This document shows positions 1 through 15,075 of a DNA stretch of 64,000 bases, piece by piece. The stretch covers positions 62,001 through 126,000 of the forward strand of contig NOWV01000020.1 in the NCBI GenBank assembly GCA_003344405.1, read 5' to 3'. This DNA is from Trichoplax sp. H2. Lineage: Eukaryota. The first letter of the stretch is position 1. Every line of letters starts with the position of its first letter. The position numbers and the translations under genes were made by a program. Below the pieces are notes generated by a model, which had not been told where the DNA came from, did not search any database, and saw nothing but the letters and a program-made list of their open reading frames with translations.

Positions 1-3000
1 CAATGATTAAATAACAGGACAATAAATGAATATTAAAGAGTAAGATGAAAGTTTACCAAATTTGAGAATAGTAAAACTGACTACTTTAAATGATGACTTT
101 TGACTATGGACTTATATCTTACCAGCCAACATATCATCAGTATAAACTACGGTAGTAATTAAGTGTCAGAATTGCAAAAATCGAATACACGTTACTTTCT
201 ACGATCCACTGATCTATATTCTAATCACTAAATATCTACTCTACATATTCGCAATATTAGTAATAGCGCTGAAGTTGATGAAATATCGGCATAATAAAAT
301 TACCATAAGCACTACTCCTAGTAAGCAAGCATAGTATGTCTTGAGTCTTTCAAGGTGCAACATATGTTTTGATCTAATGTTCATAACATACTATTTCGAT
401 AATATATTAACGATTTAAGGCTAATATTAATTATAATTCTTTATAGCTTTATATTAAACTGACAGATAGTAAGTCAAAACTAGAAAAATAATAACTTGAA
501 TCTTCTAACGGATAATACATTCTGGTACCGTGATTATAGAAACGATATGAAAATTTAGCAAGTATCATTTACTTTTCCCAGGCAATTAGATTTACTACTA
601 GTTCATCCGTAGATTGTTAGTTAAAACGCCGAAAGAAAATAAAAGCATAATTATTATTATCTGCATGGTCTTGCAAGCCGTTGTGGTATGGGATATCAAT
701 TATTATACTGTTTCGTATTCAGGTCCCACAGTGTGTAATAGTCATTACCTAGATCAATCTTCTATATTTCTTGTGATTGTAATTTCAAGCCTCCCAATTA
801 TGTCCCACCATTATTTATTTATTGAAGTATTAAAATTCCTTATTTTAAAAATGCAATACAGTCTAGTTGTGCGTTACATGAAATATTCGCTTTTAAATTT
901 GATCCTACATTTGTTTTTAATAGAATTTCCTGATGGCAATTTAAGCCAATCTTAAACTAAAAAAATTAAGGATATAGTAATTTATTAAATTTGCCATTCG
1001 AGCTATCAGGTGCGATCTACCAATGTACTTCAATGCTACAGTAACAAATAATCATAACAGTATGACTAGGAAATAGATTCAATCGGACATTAACTATTAA
1101 CTTGTGTTATTTAATGCTCCATCATGTAGCTGATGTTATGCATTTGTATAATTCAAAGCCATTACAATATAGAAATCATGAAATTACCCTCTCAAACTGA
1201 TTTAGCTAGATACTATATCAAGTACGTTTATCTTAATCAACTAATGCTTAATCGAAAATGAACGACAAATAAAGACCACTAATATCATGTATGACTAGAC
1301 ATCGTTCATTTACATGTTGATCTTATAATATTTGATAGCTGACAGTCGTTTATTGTCATTATTGTAGCACATACAAAGTACTATTGATAGAGCGTCAACG
1401 AATCCCCGTATCGATAATTAGCTTTATGAATAGCGAGATGAAATTAACGTATTGCTCCATCCTGATCACAACGATCACTACCAACAATTAAGTAGCAGCA
1501 TTTATCGAATTGATAAAATTGAATTAATAGTCAATATTGGGTTGTTTACGAGGTAAATGAACAATTTGTCATAACATTAAGAACATTTGATAAAATGGGA
1601 AACAATTTTGGGACTTTGTGGTGGAGTATACTATGCAGCAAGAGATATCGACTCCGAATTGATTTTTATATACAAGAATTCAAATTTACAATCTACGTTA
1701 AACTTTTTTTCTCTTGCTACGTAAATTCCATTTCAAGCAGATCTGATAGCTGTACTTTAATTCTGTCAGCTGCACTATTGCTAGAATGTTAAAGTTATTC
1801 TCAATTTAAGCCTTACGCAGGCAAAAAATGCGAGAATATATATTTTATACATTTCCGTTCTCAACGAATTGCGATTTTTTATGGAACAATCAAAATCACT
1901 GTCATTTTATAAGTGCCGTGTAATATCAAAATCCATCCAAGTAAAGACTCATTCGTGCCCTTCTAAAGATATTATAATTGCTGATAGTAGTTATTGCTAT
2001 ATAGCCTTAAATTTTATATACTATGAATAAATGCCGAAAAATAAAATAAACTTATAAAATTTACTCATCTAAGAGTAATATCAAATTGCTAAGATCTTAT
2101 AAATCATACGTTTGAAGTGTTAACCCATAGACATCGCAGATAAGCGTATTGCTGGTTCTGTTAACGATCTTATTCAATCTAAGATACAAATGAAGCCGAT
2201 GAAAAACAACTAAACTATTACCCCAAATTTAACGACATACGGATTATAATACTGTCTTTTCGACAAATATAAATACCCAACAGTACTTGCTACATGAGCT
2301 CAGTCGATATTTCATTCTGTCCATAAAATAAGATCTATAAATCGAATACAGGCATATACGAGTTTGGTTGAATCCAATTAATCTGGTTACTAGCATAAGA
2401 GAGGAATTACCAGGAAATAACTGGTGATAAGATGAAATTAATACCCAGAATAATATGAATTAATTTAATCATTTTTATCGATGAGAGGAAAAATTTAAAA
2501 GTTATACATGTATACGATAATTAATGGCTTAATTTAATCCCAAATTATCAAAATTACAGCTAAATTTATAGCTGACGGTAGACCTTGGAATACTATTTCG
2601 ATTAGATCCGTTAAGCTCTTAAATTAAGATTTTTAAAATAATATAAGGTAAAGATTTATTATTTGCCACGAAAATCCCATGGATATCAAGGAGAATTATA
2701 TTAAATTGCATTGCGTAATATGAATTGAATCTATCTCACCATTAAAATCTTCATGTCAACTAATACGAAAGCGAACTGTTTACAATGGAATACAACATAC
2801 TTCCATTTTTATTTTTATTCTATTGATATAGTGATTTTACTTTCTCAACATTTTTTAAATGTCTTACTAAAAGATACTAATATGCTACATTTTAAATAGT
2901 TTAGATCTATTAGGACCTGAAAAAAAGTTAGAGTAGAAATACAGTAGTCAAAGAAAATAGATACAGTAAACCAGTAAGCAAAAATTAGACTCTAAAACAT

Positions 3001-3970
3001 AAATTTCTATTACGAATGCTAAGTTTTTGTACAATACGAAATAAACTAGATGATCATGGTGCAAAACTGTGTGTTATTCCTAATATAATCATACATGTAC
3101 TTGAGACAACGGATTCATAATCTCTCAGGATAAATGTTACTATACTAAAAACGCTAATTCTGACCCGTTTGCTATAAATATTACTTTATTTTCAGTCAAT
3201 TTTTGATTATTTAATACCCATTAATGTTAATCGATTCATGTTAAGACACCCTAATATCAAGATAACTCAATTATAGACTCATCGATTAGATACAAACGTA
3301 TGGAATAGCTTGACTATTAGCAAGATAGAGGAGAAGATCTACTACTAATTGCCGATTTTAAAAATCGCTACAATACCAAAGAAAGAATACAGTATACAGG
3401 ACGTAAGATGAGCAATAGAAACAATATCTGTGCCCACTAATTTAGGAAATTTACAATTATGATTGCTAGAACACTACAATCATTAAGTCTGGGTTTTCGC
3501 ATTCTAACAAAATTTTATTTGACTATATGTAGTATAAAACTACAAAGAGAGTAAGAAGTTAATTTCATATAGTACAGTAAGTTTGGAAAGGCAATATCAT
3601 TAATCAAGGAGCAGTATGAATAATGAATCTAAGTACATGAAAACTAGGTTCAGTTATCTTTCGATACTCATCACATTTACCGGCAAAATTAAAAGTATTC
3701 CAGGATCAAAAAGTCTATTAAAATAAACTGCTGCTTTTTTTATCATTAGGCTACTTCTGTAATTGATATAGCATGGATAATTTTTAAAATAGAAGTAAAG
3801 GAAAATTGATAAATCCAGCACTGCGCATACAGTATTTTTTGGTAGCTGCACTAAAATCTTTTCTTACTGGCTTCAATATCATCATTATTCAATTCTTAAG
3901 GCGATTAACAATGGTGAAAGAATGACGAGTTCACAGAATCTCTACTTAATGCAGTACCGTAGTAACCCAA

Positions 3971-4546
3971 AATTCTCATTCCTATTCCATCTATGTTAGT
4001 AATAACATACGGACATAAATGAGAATCCAGATACTAGCAACTGTATACTTCAAAGAACTCTGATAGGCACTTTAATCTTGGAAATTTAGACTAACTGTAG
4101 CAAAAGCTATCTTTATACAGGCAAAATAAAACTGGTAGACGTTTACAAATAGATATTTACACTTGTATAGTAACCCTATCATCAGTAATTAAATTGCTCA
4201 TCATGAGGGTTACGCTAGTTGAAAATAGAATACCTGCATAATACCTAGTTATCTACAGGTAACAATATATTAATTCTCATCCCTATTCCATCCTTATTAA
4301 TAATAACAATATACAGATGTAAAGCGAAAACTCATACCCTAGCTACACTTCAGAGAACTCTGGAAGACACATTAATCCTGAAAATCCAGGCTAATTGTAG
4401 TAAAATCTATCTCTAGACAGGAGAAAACAACACAGATGGATATTCGCACTTGTATAATAGCCCCTAACATCAGTAGTTAAATTGCTCATCATGCGGGTCA
4501 CGCTATTTGAAAAATAGGATATCCTCATGATAACTAATTGTCTATC
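3971..4546. repeat. Diverged tandem duplication, two units of about 290 bp
   Basis: 3971-4256 and 4272-4546 align throughout (aattctcat.cctattccatc, acttca.agaactctg, atcagta.ttaaattgctcatcatg.ggg) with many substitutions; no ORF. Confidence 0.85.
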
Positions 4547-6142
4547 GTCAATCATTTTGTAACCACCGGTGAGGGAATAATCTATTATAGATTACCGTAA
4601 AATTTACAATAGTCCAACATAAGTAATTTAGATAGCAAGTGGCGTATAATGCAATCACAACGATCCACTTCTGTAAATTATTTCCAATAGATGAAATAGA
4701 GTCTATTCATGAAAAGATGACAGATAGGGAAAATGTTACGTATTGTGGACATCTTCCGCTATATATTACCTTGCTGCTAAGATCAATAATAGCATCGACC
4801 ATTTTACCTAAACTATTATAGCTATTGTAAGATACAAATTCAAACTAGAACTTCCATTTTCTGTTAATATCATGGCTGTAAGATATTAAGAGATCTTTTT
4901 GAGAGATCTCTTAGAATTAACAAATGATTTTATCTACAACAATCACAGTAATAGGATCGATTTTTGAAATTTCAATTTCTCTTCATTAGTACACTATTAC
5001 AGTAATGCGGCCGACTTGTAAAGTGTAATATGGAACTTTTGATATATTGAAAGTTCTATGTAGTAAATAAATAACCACAAGTAGCAGATACTGTAATGAT
5101 AGAACTGATTTTGGAATAGGAATTGGACAATTTTATACATCAGGAAGTGCAGTTTAATTAGTACGACGACTAAGTCTTGTAATAATCGAATGAAGAATTT
5201 TCTCGAATCACTGACTCAAACTAGTAACTGTAGCCAGGGCTTAGATACTGAATCGAAAATGCAAACTTTTAGATTCTAGAGTTCTACAGTAGTGTGCTGT
5301 AAATATAACAAATGATTCTGTTTAGCTATAATTATTGTGACAAAATCAACTCTAAAATGGAATTTGAAAATCTCTCAATATTTAGAATTTTAGTTAAAGT
5401 AACTCCCTTAGTAACAATCGAGTATTAGGAAAAACTTTTAATTGGGAGAAAAAATTTCTATCATGGAATGGCCACTGCGTAATCGATTTATATTGATGTA
5501 ATAAAAAGCATAATATAAACCCAGGTTACTACAGCAATAATGTTTATCACTACGTAAATTAGTTTCAAACAAGGATGTAAAACGTGCGACGGATTTTTTA
5601 AATATTGAAGCTATTTTACCCTTAATAATATACTATTAATTTGTGGTCTTTTTCATATTTTAAATTACTTCTACAATGATAATTTTCAATTTGAAACGAA
5701 GTATGCGTACTCTAAACTTCCACAAAATTATAAAAATTATTCTTTTCATATGATCTGTGTAGCAGCTATGGCGATAAAATAAATCCCAAGCATTTTATTT
5801 TATATCGATATTATTTGTAATGATTGATCATTTGAATTAATTTTTTAAATATTTTACGAGATCATACTATCAGAAATAGATAAATTCATTAATCCTATTT
5901 TAAAACTTAAATGTAAGCAATAAGTTATTGATCAAAATTTCATTTATGCCTAAAATCAAGCAGGATTCAATTTCTACGACTGATTTTAGCACGGAACATT
6001 TTCTGTTTGTTGAATTAAATTTTTGCGTGTTGAAAATAATTCTTTTAAGTGTTTTATTACCTCTCATGCTATTTTACTTTCTAAAAAATTTCGAACTAGC
6101 GCATTTCAATTCAGTTCGATCGTGCATTAATGTCAAACTTAC

Positions 6143-6223
6143 CATTAAAATGAACGTTGCTAGAAATTCTCCCATGGCTTCGGGATTGAGCCATCTGAAT
6201 ATCGGTCGCAATCTTTCCTTCAT
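6143..6223 (-). CDS. Probable first coding exon of an aquaglyceroporin (MIP family, AQP3/7/9/10-like); partial, remaining exons not found in the window
   Basis: ATG at 6223 reads MKERLRPIFRWLNPEAMGEFLATFILM, followed at phase 0 by a perfect GTAAGT donor. EFLATFIL matches the MIP TM1 motif (AEFLGTFIL), and vertebrate aquaglyceroporin exon 1 ends at the same position. Confidence 0.6.
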
Positions 6224-8299
6224 CTTACTTTCGTGAATCTATCAATGTAATAGGCGATTTAAAATTTAGCTCAGATTCAATGGATAGGGCAAGTCAATCA
6301 GGATATAACAACAATTAATGACTGAATAAAAAGTGAATTTGATTCATTATTATTACGATGTATTGTTGGATTATATGTCCTATCCAATAGGTATTTTCTA
6401 ATTAAAATCAGTAAAACCAACTCAAAGTGAAGATAAGGTGACGAAGATGATGCGAACGTTACTATACTAGTAATTTAATTTGAATTATACCCTAGTTACT
6501 TCATCATCAACAATAATAATATTTATCATGCTTCCCCAATGTCAATATCATTATTTTTAACAGAATTGAGATTTGAACTATAAAAAAAGTGAGTCCCTAT
6601 AATAATGCTTTATACTATATCTTATAATTTATTTCAATGGCCATCTAATATTTTATCTAATACTTAATTTAATAATCGGAAAATAACAAGAATTCGTCAT
6701 CATTTCCAATTAATTATTTAATGCACTTGCAGGCTCATTTCGACAAATGTATTATTGATTACCAGTTAATAGACGGGATCATATCATACATGGTATGGTG
6801 CAATATACACGAAGTTTGTATCACCAGCAGTCTGTGATATTGGAACAGGTCAAGTATAAATCGAGTATAGAAGACAGATTCTCATTTATCAGTTTTATCT
6901 ACCCTAACGCCCTGCCTATTTAGATATTTAAATAGTAATATTCACATATTTTGGTAGATTTTGATTACCTTCTGCTTATATTGCATCATTCGATTTACGG
7001 TTACGAAGAAATACAGAGAAATAAATAAAATATGACAGTAATAATAAATTGAATAGTTATTGGAAATATAGTTGAAATAAAAGAGTCTAAAAGAATTGAA
7101 TCCACCCTGTTTTATGATATAACTTTCATGGCCATGTTAATCAATAGCATGAGATGAATTAAACGCTTTATTATACTCTATCGAATTATTTCATGTGCTA
7201 ATTTACTTTTTATTCTTCTAACAATTCATATAAATAATACATAATTCAAAACAGCTGTATCATAATTTGATTGGATCATCTATTCTCGACATAGAGGATA
7301 GAAGTATTGTCAGTTTTAAATAAAAGGTACTGCTAACAAATATGCTATAGTCTTTCAATAGATTCTAAAATATTGATAGAGTATTAGCGAACTAAATAGA
7401 GAAAAGTACATGAGGTTAACAAGAACATCTATCATAGATTATCCGATACTATATTAAATTACGCACGGAATCCATTTATAGGAATTAAGCACACGTATGT
7501 ATTTATGACTAGAACATGCCCTTGCAGGATTAAAATATGTAACATAGTATAATTTACGCCAGCTATGGGCTAGAGTAATTGTCATCTGCCCTACTACTAT
7601 TATCCATGTCAATATCAAGTAAAATTTTATATGTAAATCAAGAAATTACGTGCGATATAATTTCAAGACGAAGCTAATAGAATAATATACTAGACATATA
7701 TTCTGCTATTAAATTAAGATATAACAGTATAGCACCTAGCATAACATCCGCAGTAAAGATCCGTTAATTTAAATAGTCAATTCGCAGAAATAAAAGTTTT
7801 AATCAAAGTTAATTAAATTTACTTGGAAATTATATGGCTTTCTAATACGGGTACAGTTTTATAACTAATTTCTAATTAAATATATCAACTACATCAACTA
7901 ATATTAAAATAGCAGTTAGCTAAAATCAGTCTCTATAAACGACTCATAATGATCACATCTCGGTATGAAAATCTTCCTATAGACTCCTCATAAGAAGTAC
8001 TAGCAGGTGTAACTAAGAAGTACTTCCCAAAGAATGTCATATTACACCTGATGTTAAAACTTGCAATATTTATCTCTACTTAACATGCAATGTGATAAGC
8101 ATGGGACTGTTTTTCAGAACAGCCAAATATCTGCACGGCTCTGATCATATGAATACAATTAGCGACCAGTTATATATAAATTCCACTTATATAAACACCC
8201 ATTGACAATCTTGACTTGTACTGTCAATGTCAATGATTAAGCGAATTGAAATGATAACATGTTCAACATTCACAACTATAGCATAATTTGGTTTAGCAA

Positions 8300-8681
8300 C
8301 GGTCAGATTGGAATAAAATACGTAGACATCTGCTTACATAATTAGGAATTTATTCATTCGATTGACGACGTTTATCATATTTCATCAATAATTGCTCGTT
8401 TAATAATGCTTATCAAACACTATATGCAAATAGTAGTGGAGATCATTTCAAAATTTATTTTGCTATTAAGATGGCTATGGTTCTTAAGACTTCGTGCATA
8501 ACTTTCTAAATCTTATTGGATCGAAAGCACTGAAATAATTTTTTCGTTGTACCATAGACTTTAGCAATGCCATAGGTATTATTATGATATACTTTACTTT
8601 ATAGCTACAGAAATATTTAGGCTTTACATCAATGAGGCTGCTGCTGTAATCGGCTAACGATATTTGTTCAAAGAAGATCAA
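8300..8681 (-). pseudogene. Tentative decayed rhodopsin-class GPCR fragment (TM2-TM5 relics)
   Basis: Across frames and stops, in the expected order: SLADYSSSL (TM2-like), YFSAFDPIRFRKLCTKS (ICL2-like), RTIAILIA..IL..SPLLFAY (TM4-like), STYFIPI (TM5-like). Pattern recognition only. Confidence 0.3.
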
Positions 8682-11600
8682 GAAATTCTAAGATGAAGTG
8701 TCCTTTTAGTCTATCTTAACTATAGCACATTTTATTTGTAATTTAGCATTAAAACTGGTTCTACGGAATAGTAATGAGCGACAGTACAGGCGAGAAATGC
8801 TCTAAACTCTGTACTACTAACTACTGCCAATAACTAGATATCGTCCGTAGGTAAATAATACCACATTTTGTGCGAGTGTCATAATTAAAAAGTAGTGTTG
8901 CTTAGCTAAAATCTAATACGGTCATACGACGATTAATATTTAAAATACCGTTTTTAATACAATTATTCAAAAAAATGTTAATAATTCAGTCGTATGAAGT
9001 ATTGATTTCTAGAAATAAATGTATAGTAGGGTATTTAAGAATAAGAAGAACGGCATTTAAAATGTTTTAAAATACAGCCATACAAATGTCTGTGACTGAA
9101 TCTATCTATTAACTTTGATAATTAATTTATGATGTATTAAGTGTATGAGCCATAGTCACATTCCGAAAACTATCTTGGTCTAGTATTGCCAGCATTTCAT
9201 CCTAATAACAGTAGACTCGGAAATAATATAATTATAATAAATTTCAAGATATAGAATCTAGCTATTAACTTAAATTGTTATTTTATAATAAATCAAGGCC
9301 TATAAGTAGTCGTCACGTCCTTATGACTCTATCGTTATAGCATTAAATAGTCCATCTAATTCTATTAACAGTCAATTCATAAGTAAATGAGCTGTATTAA
9401 AAATGTTAAGGCGTAGATGTCAATAATTAAAGATAAAATCTATATACGTAGAATTAATTAAAATTTTAACGGAAATTATACCTCCACCATCAAAATAAAA
9501 TCAACTCTGAAATTAAGCAATTAAATGTTGAAACAAAGTTAAGTTAATAATTTATCACTATCTAAGTAGGCACATAAATGTCTTATGGCTATACCATCTG
9601 ATTGAGATAATTGCAACGCAACAATGGTAGGCACAGGTTTATTCTCATTATGATTGGAAGATCTAATAGTTATTGCAAATTATCGCGAATTATTGATTAT
9701 AAGTCATACAAAAAGTCGTCTATTTTTCGTAATATTAATCAATAACCCTGGAATATCGCTATAAGATTAATGTTTAAATAATAAATGTCAAGCTGATTTC
9801 TAGTCATATTGTATACCAAATTTGTAACTGATTTACTGATATAGCATATTACAGTATGCTGGCTTTGGAATATTATACGTATACATTTACCGTATATAAT
9901 ACGCTATGACTAATAACAACGCCATAACTGACAAATTTTTCATCACTAAAATAACGATAGAATAACTTATGATCTGATTCTTCTATTATCATAATCGATA
10001 CTAAGTGAAGTAGCAAAAAGAATGATTATCATGATTGAAGTAATTAGCAAAATTCAGCTTTGATTACAATCAAGCTAGGTAAATCACAGTTGTAAGTGGT
10101 GTTTTCATACTGTTCTTGATTTATTACTACATTTAGCTAATAATTTCGCAGTAGTCAGTCATTACTTTCTGTAGAGTAAATTATCTAAACTAACATTAGC
10201 ATAAAATCCTGCACTACTATCGTTAGATACAGTATATTATAACTGAGATAGTAATCGACAAGAATACCAGTAATAAGTATCGAGCTTAAGATACCAAAAG
10301 TGTAGAAAATTCCATTTTCTAATATAGTTGATAGCTTACTAGTCAGCTAATACTTTCACCTGTCCTATACAACATATTGATTTACACAGGCTTGTGGTAA
10401 GAACAACTATTCAATCAGGACAATCAAAGTAAAATTTAATCGTAACGATCAACATTCAGCGACTTTTATTCGTTGAATAATTCTCTCTCCTCGAATAGTT
10501 ACTATCTAAGATATCTACTAATGCCTTGTAAAATTAAAAATATTATTCAATTGTATCATAAAATTAATTTAAATTTCTTGATGATGGTTATATACAGATA
10601 GTATACAACTCTTAACACATTAATATGCCCTCTAACTACTCATCTTGATTAATCATGGCCACCAGATCAAAATATCCATCCTATGTATAATAAACTTATG
10701 CACGTTCAAAGATACGTACAGTAATATTGTGTAGCAAATAATCGATCTAAAATACACAGAAACACTGAAGATAAAATGACATTGAATTTGGCATTGTTTG
10801 ATAAAGTAAATCTTTTCACGTTTGGCTTAGCAACGGTAATACCCAAGCCATGGCTCAGATAGTAAACACAAGAACTGGGCTAAAATTCTGTAAACTTATG
10901 ATCTATTCAAGTAGAATCATTGTGTAGAAATAATACTCTATAGTAATTGATAAATTATGAAGTTTACAGATGGAGGTACTCTATTCTATTTACAAATTTC
11001 TACTACGAATCATTACGTGGTAGAAACGATAATCTAATTCATAATTTATGTAGGTGGGGATACTCCATCTCGTTTACAAATTCCTACTGTACCTCGCCAT
11101 AAATGGCATCACTAGCCTAACTTGCTAGAGATGCAACAGCTATTTCTAACTAAAAAAATTTCGCACCCTAATTTTAAAATTTACCCCTTCACATGTTTAA
11201 TCTTTCGCTAGAGCATTTCGAATATATGACAGAACAAATTTGTTCTAGCCTGGATAATTCTCCTATTTTATTTTATATTCAACCTGAAATATAATATCTA
11301 TTCTCGGAAATGCTAGCCAATGTCTTTCCAATCATCGAATATCATTGCATGCTTACAAACGAAATCGCCTATAAAAGTCACTGCTTGATTCTAGGGCTAT
11401 CAATTAATATACCTTCTAATCACTTAACAAGATTAAACGCTAAAACACGAAGTTCTATCAAATGATTACAACGCTTTCAAAATCTGTTACCGACCAATAT
11501 GATACCAATAGCGAGCTCAGAAAATAAAACCTCACGTAGTTACCCCACTGTTGCGAATGAAACGATCATATTTAAATAAATTGGGTAACAATTAGGAAAT

Positions 11601-13856
11601 ATTTTAATGTTATTAGTAGATTCTGCGTGTACTATAGAACCGCATGCACGAACAAGGGGAGGGGCAATTTTAAGACAGGGTGCCTCTACGGTTCTGTGAT
11701 CGAACTGTCTTAGATATATTGTAGCAAGAACTTTAATTTCTTGTAAAAGCTTCACTTTACTATTTAAATTAGTTCTTCAAGTAAATTATCAGGGACTACC
11801 TAGGAAAAGACTATGTTACTTACGGTAAGTAGCGTCGACGAACAGTTACTTGTAAAATCTTATAATCTAACATAAAACTTGAACTATACTCGCACAATCT
11901 TGCAGTCTTAACCTTAAGCACCTTTTGAAGACGATACTATAGATTCAATTATCCGTAACAAGCAGAATTTTATGAGGCCTATTTTATTCTATTGATCGTG
12001 GTTGTAGCGAATCTTTAAATTCTACAAATATCTCTAGTGGCAGAAAGATACGATGAAATTAACCGTAATCGATTCATTCATTCCAGTGCCGCTAAGAAGT
12101 AAGCTGAGTACAGTATATTAGGATATGAATATGGAAATGGAGCGCCGTTTACTAATACTATTTATAATCAAGTTTCTTAATATTTGTTGCCACTTTAAGT
12201 AGAGAATACAGCAACTTTTAGCTTCCATAATACTCCATTCTAGCGGAAATATCGAAATGGAGAAATATTATGAAGAGATTTAAAAGGCTAGGGCAAAGCT
12301 TAAGGGATAAATCCGTTAAGCCAACTACCGTTTTAAACCTCATCCATTACCAAACTGCTTGATATTAGTTACCAACTGTTCCATACAGCATCCCAACTAT
12401 AGCAAGATTTTGACTTTTACAATAATTTAATCATACTTGTATAGTAATAAGTTCTTATAATATTATCTAAACTAGTGATTAATCCACTGCGTTGCTAAAG
12501 TATGAATCAGTCGTTATTTCCATGAAATTTGGCTTTCAGAATTTAATTTGAGTAGGAATACCTATTTAGCTATGTCTCTTAATAATAGGAGATTATCGGC
12601 ATTTTGAAAATTACAGCAGACAAGAACACATAGGTGCTATAAAGTCGTTATTATTTTTACTACCGTTACAAAATCTTCATTTACAGCAAACGTATAACGT
12701 AATAATCTTAGCGATAGTCCCTAACATATACGAAAAGCGTATTTTAAATATTGGTCATCTGCTTAAAGTTATTAACTTCAGTATTAATCATGCAAAGGCA
12801 GAACATAAATGATATCAGGTCGAGGAGGCTTTTGAACTATCCATGGTAAACTAGTCTGATGTAAAGTCAATCTAGAATGTTTATTCATTTAAGACTGATT
12901 TTTAACGAGATTCTCTGGTGATTGACATTTAAAGCAATCATAATCAATTTATCTGAAACTCAAATGGTATTTGACTTTTTCGTACACAAACAGACTACAA
13001 ATCTATTGGAAGTACATCTTGCAACAATAATATAACGATAACTTCTAGCTTAAACTAACAAAACATCAACGGATGAAGACCATCAGATCTGATTTCATGT
13101 TAATTTAACCTGTTGATCAAATCAAGAAATATATGAAAGGAGATTTAATATTTGAAGTTTGTGTCAGGAAATAGACTAGAGAATTGACCCTACATGCGCG
13201 TTTGTGAGACTAACAGAATCCTGACTGACAGCTTCGTTAACAGATGATCTAAAGGGTTAATTTAGGTCTTGTCAACTATGATAAGTCATTATCCTCTACC
13301 TGCATAATCTTACTTGTAAGCAAGTAAACTAACAAGGAAGTTTCGCAGTTATTTTCAATCCACTACTTACAGCTAGTAAAAATTTAAGCTTAGCTCATTC
13401 TTGGTTGGTTGATTATAATTACTGAACAATTAGTACAACGCTAAAATGATAATAAGATTAAAAATTAATGGCAAATGATGTTGTCAATCTTAAATTATTT
13501 ATAAAATGGTGTAGGAAGAGGTAATACTGTCAAAGTAATTCGTAAATTAAAACAAATCAAGAGTTCTCACCCTTCTGTTATCAATACCAATAATTAAACC
13601 AGCTAGTACATAGACAACGGCTAAAGCATGATTTTAGAGATTTTGTTGACTGCAAAAATCTCTTTAATTAAGATGGTGTATACAAGTGAAGATTTAAAGT
13701 AGTAAAGCAAGTGCAGCTTTTCTTCTCGATGGAATAAGCAAACTTGGAAATGAATTAATCTAGAATATTATTAATGCTTAAACCCAAGATTGCAATAAAT
13801 ATTTGACAGATCGATTCGCGCTTGTCCTCCTATGATATATGCTGTCATCCATATGG

Positions 13857-14200
13857 AATTGTATCCAATTCTGTTTTAGCCTAGTCCGCTAATTTAGCAA
13901 ATAATTCTAAACTGATACAATCAGAGGCAGTAATGGTATCTAACATGGTACAGTATAATCAATAGATACCAATCTATGCCAACTGAATTTATTTCTGTAT
14001 CAGCCTAGTCTACGAACTTAGCAAACAATCCTAATTTGATATAATTGATATAATTAAGACAGTAATAGTATCTAACATTGCATAATCGATAGGTACCCAT
14101 CTACGCTAACTGCATCCATTTCTGCATCGCCTCAGTCTACTAACTTAGAAAATAATTGTTAATTGATATAATCAAAGACTGTAATGGTGTCTAATATTGA
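13857..14200. repeat. Diverged tandem repeat, about 125 bp x ~2.8
   Basis: Units start near 13857, 13981 and 14108, sharing gcctagtc..c.aa.ttag.aaa.aat, cagtaat.gtatctaacat and ataatc.atag.tacc.atcta.gc.aactg. Confidence 0.85.
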
Positions 14201-15075
14201 TTATACACTCCTTTTAAATTAGTCGTCATGATCAGTTAGACTAGCCTTAGCCTGTATAGAAATTCATCCATATTGTGATGTAATGAATAATACGATCATT
14301 GCACCAGTGATTGCAATCATCGTAAAGCAGTTTATTGACGACAACAATTGGAAATATCTTGAATTTAGTGATGCAGCTTATAAGAATCATTATGACTAGG
14401 ATAAGCAGCTTATGAACAATAAACTACCTAAACTGGTTTAAAAATAGTTTTACCTAAGCTACATAATATTGTAGCCAATTTTAATATTGTGGATTTCTTT
14501 TTGTTAATATTTAGTTAATCTACAGTCAGTCAGAACAATTAGTTTGGGACTAATTTCAAGCATGAAGACAACAAATTTTCCCTTATTTTCGCAAGAGCCT
14601 ATGTAACTCAATACTTAATAACGAAGTATCGGCTTAAATCTCTACAACTCACACAAGCAGTATTATACTGTAGTTAGTATTAATCGTTCTAAATGTTATT
14701 TTAGTAGTTTATTTTGACCATTTCCATATTTTACTACCCCTTTCTCACTTATTACGTTAAAGGTCATAAAATTTAGATTTAACGTCTTGAAACTTTACCG
14801 CCCATTCCAGTGATCGATATAATCATGCAATACCAATCAAGTTATTGTCAAGAAAAATTGATCACCGTCAATCGAAAAAAGTAGAATAGTCATCAAGAGA
14901 GAAAAATAAGATGAAACAAGACTTTTATTGCTTTGCAAAACAAAAAAACAAAAAAGTTTTCCTCCTGACCTCTGTCTCAGCCATGTTGAATTTTTCCTTA
15001 ATTTCAAATCGATGTACTTTGCCCACTAATAGTAGCTTACAAGACAGGAATACAAGAATGATTTAATCGCTAAGG

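Noticed and set aside
614..955. 113-aa ORF (and 5928-6236)
   Set aside because: Non-ATG start, composition typical of AT-rich non-coding DNA and no motif; the second ORF is antisense to the aquaporin-like exon.
4555..4710. Minus-strand hydrophobic segment KWIVVIALYATCYLNYLCW resembling a GPCR helix or aquaporin exon
   Set aside because: A single isolated segment with no ordered flanking motifs and no NPA motif.
11636..11695. Short imperfect inverted repeat AGAACCG...CGGTTCT
   Set aside because: Only about 7 bp of perfect stem, with no TSD and no second copy.
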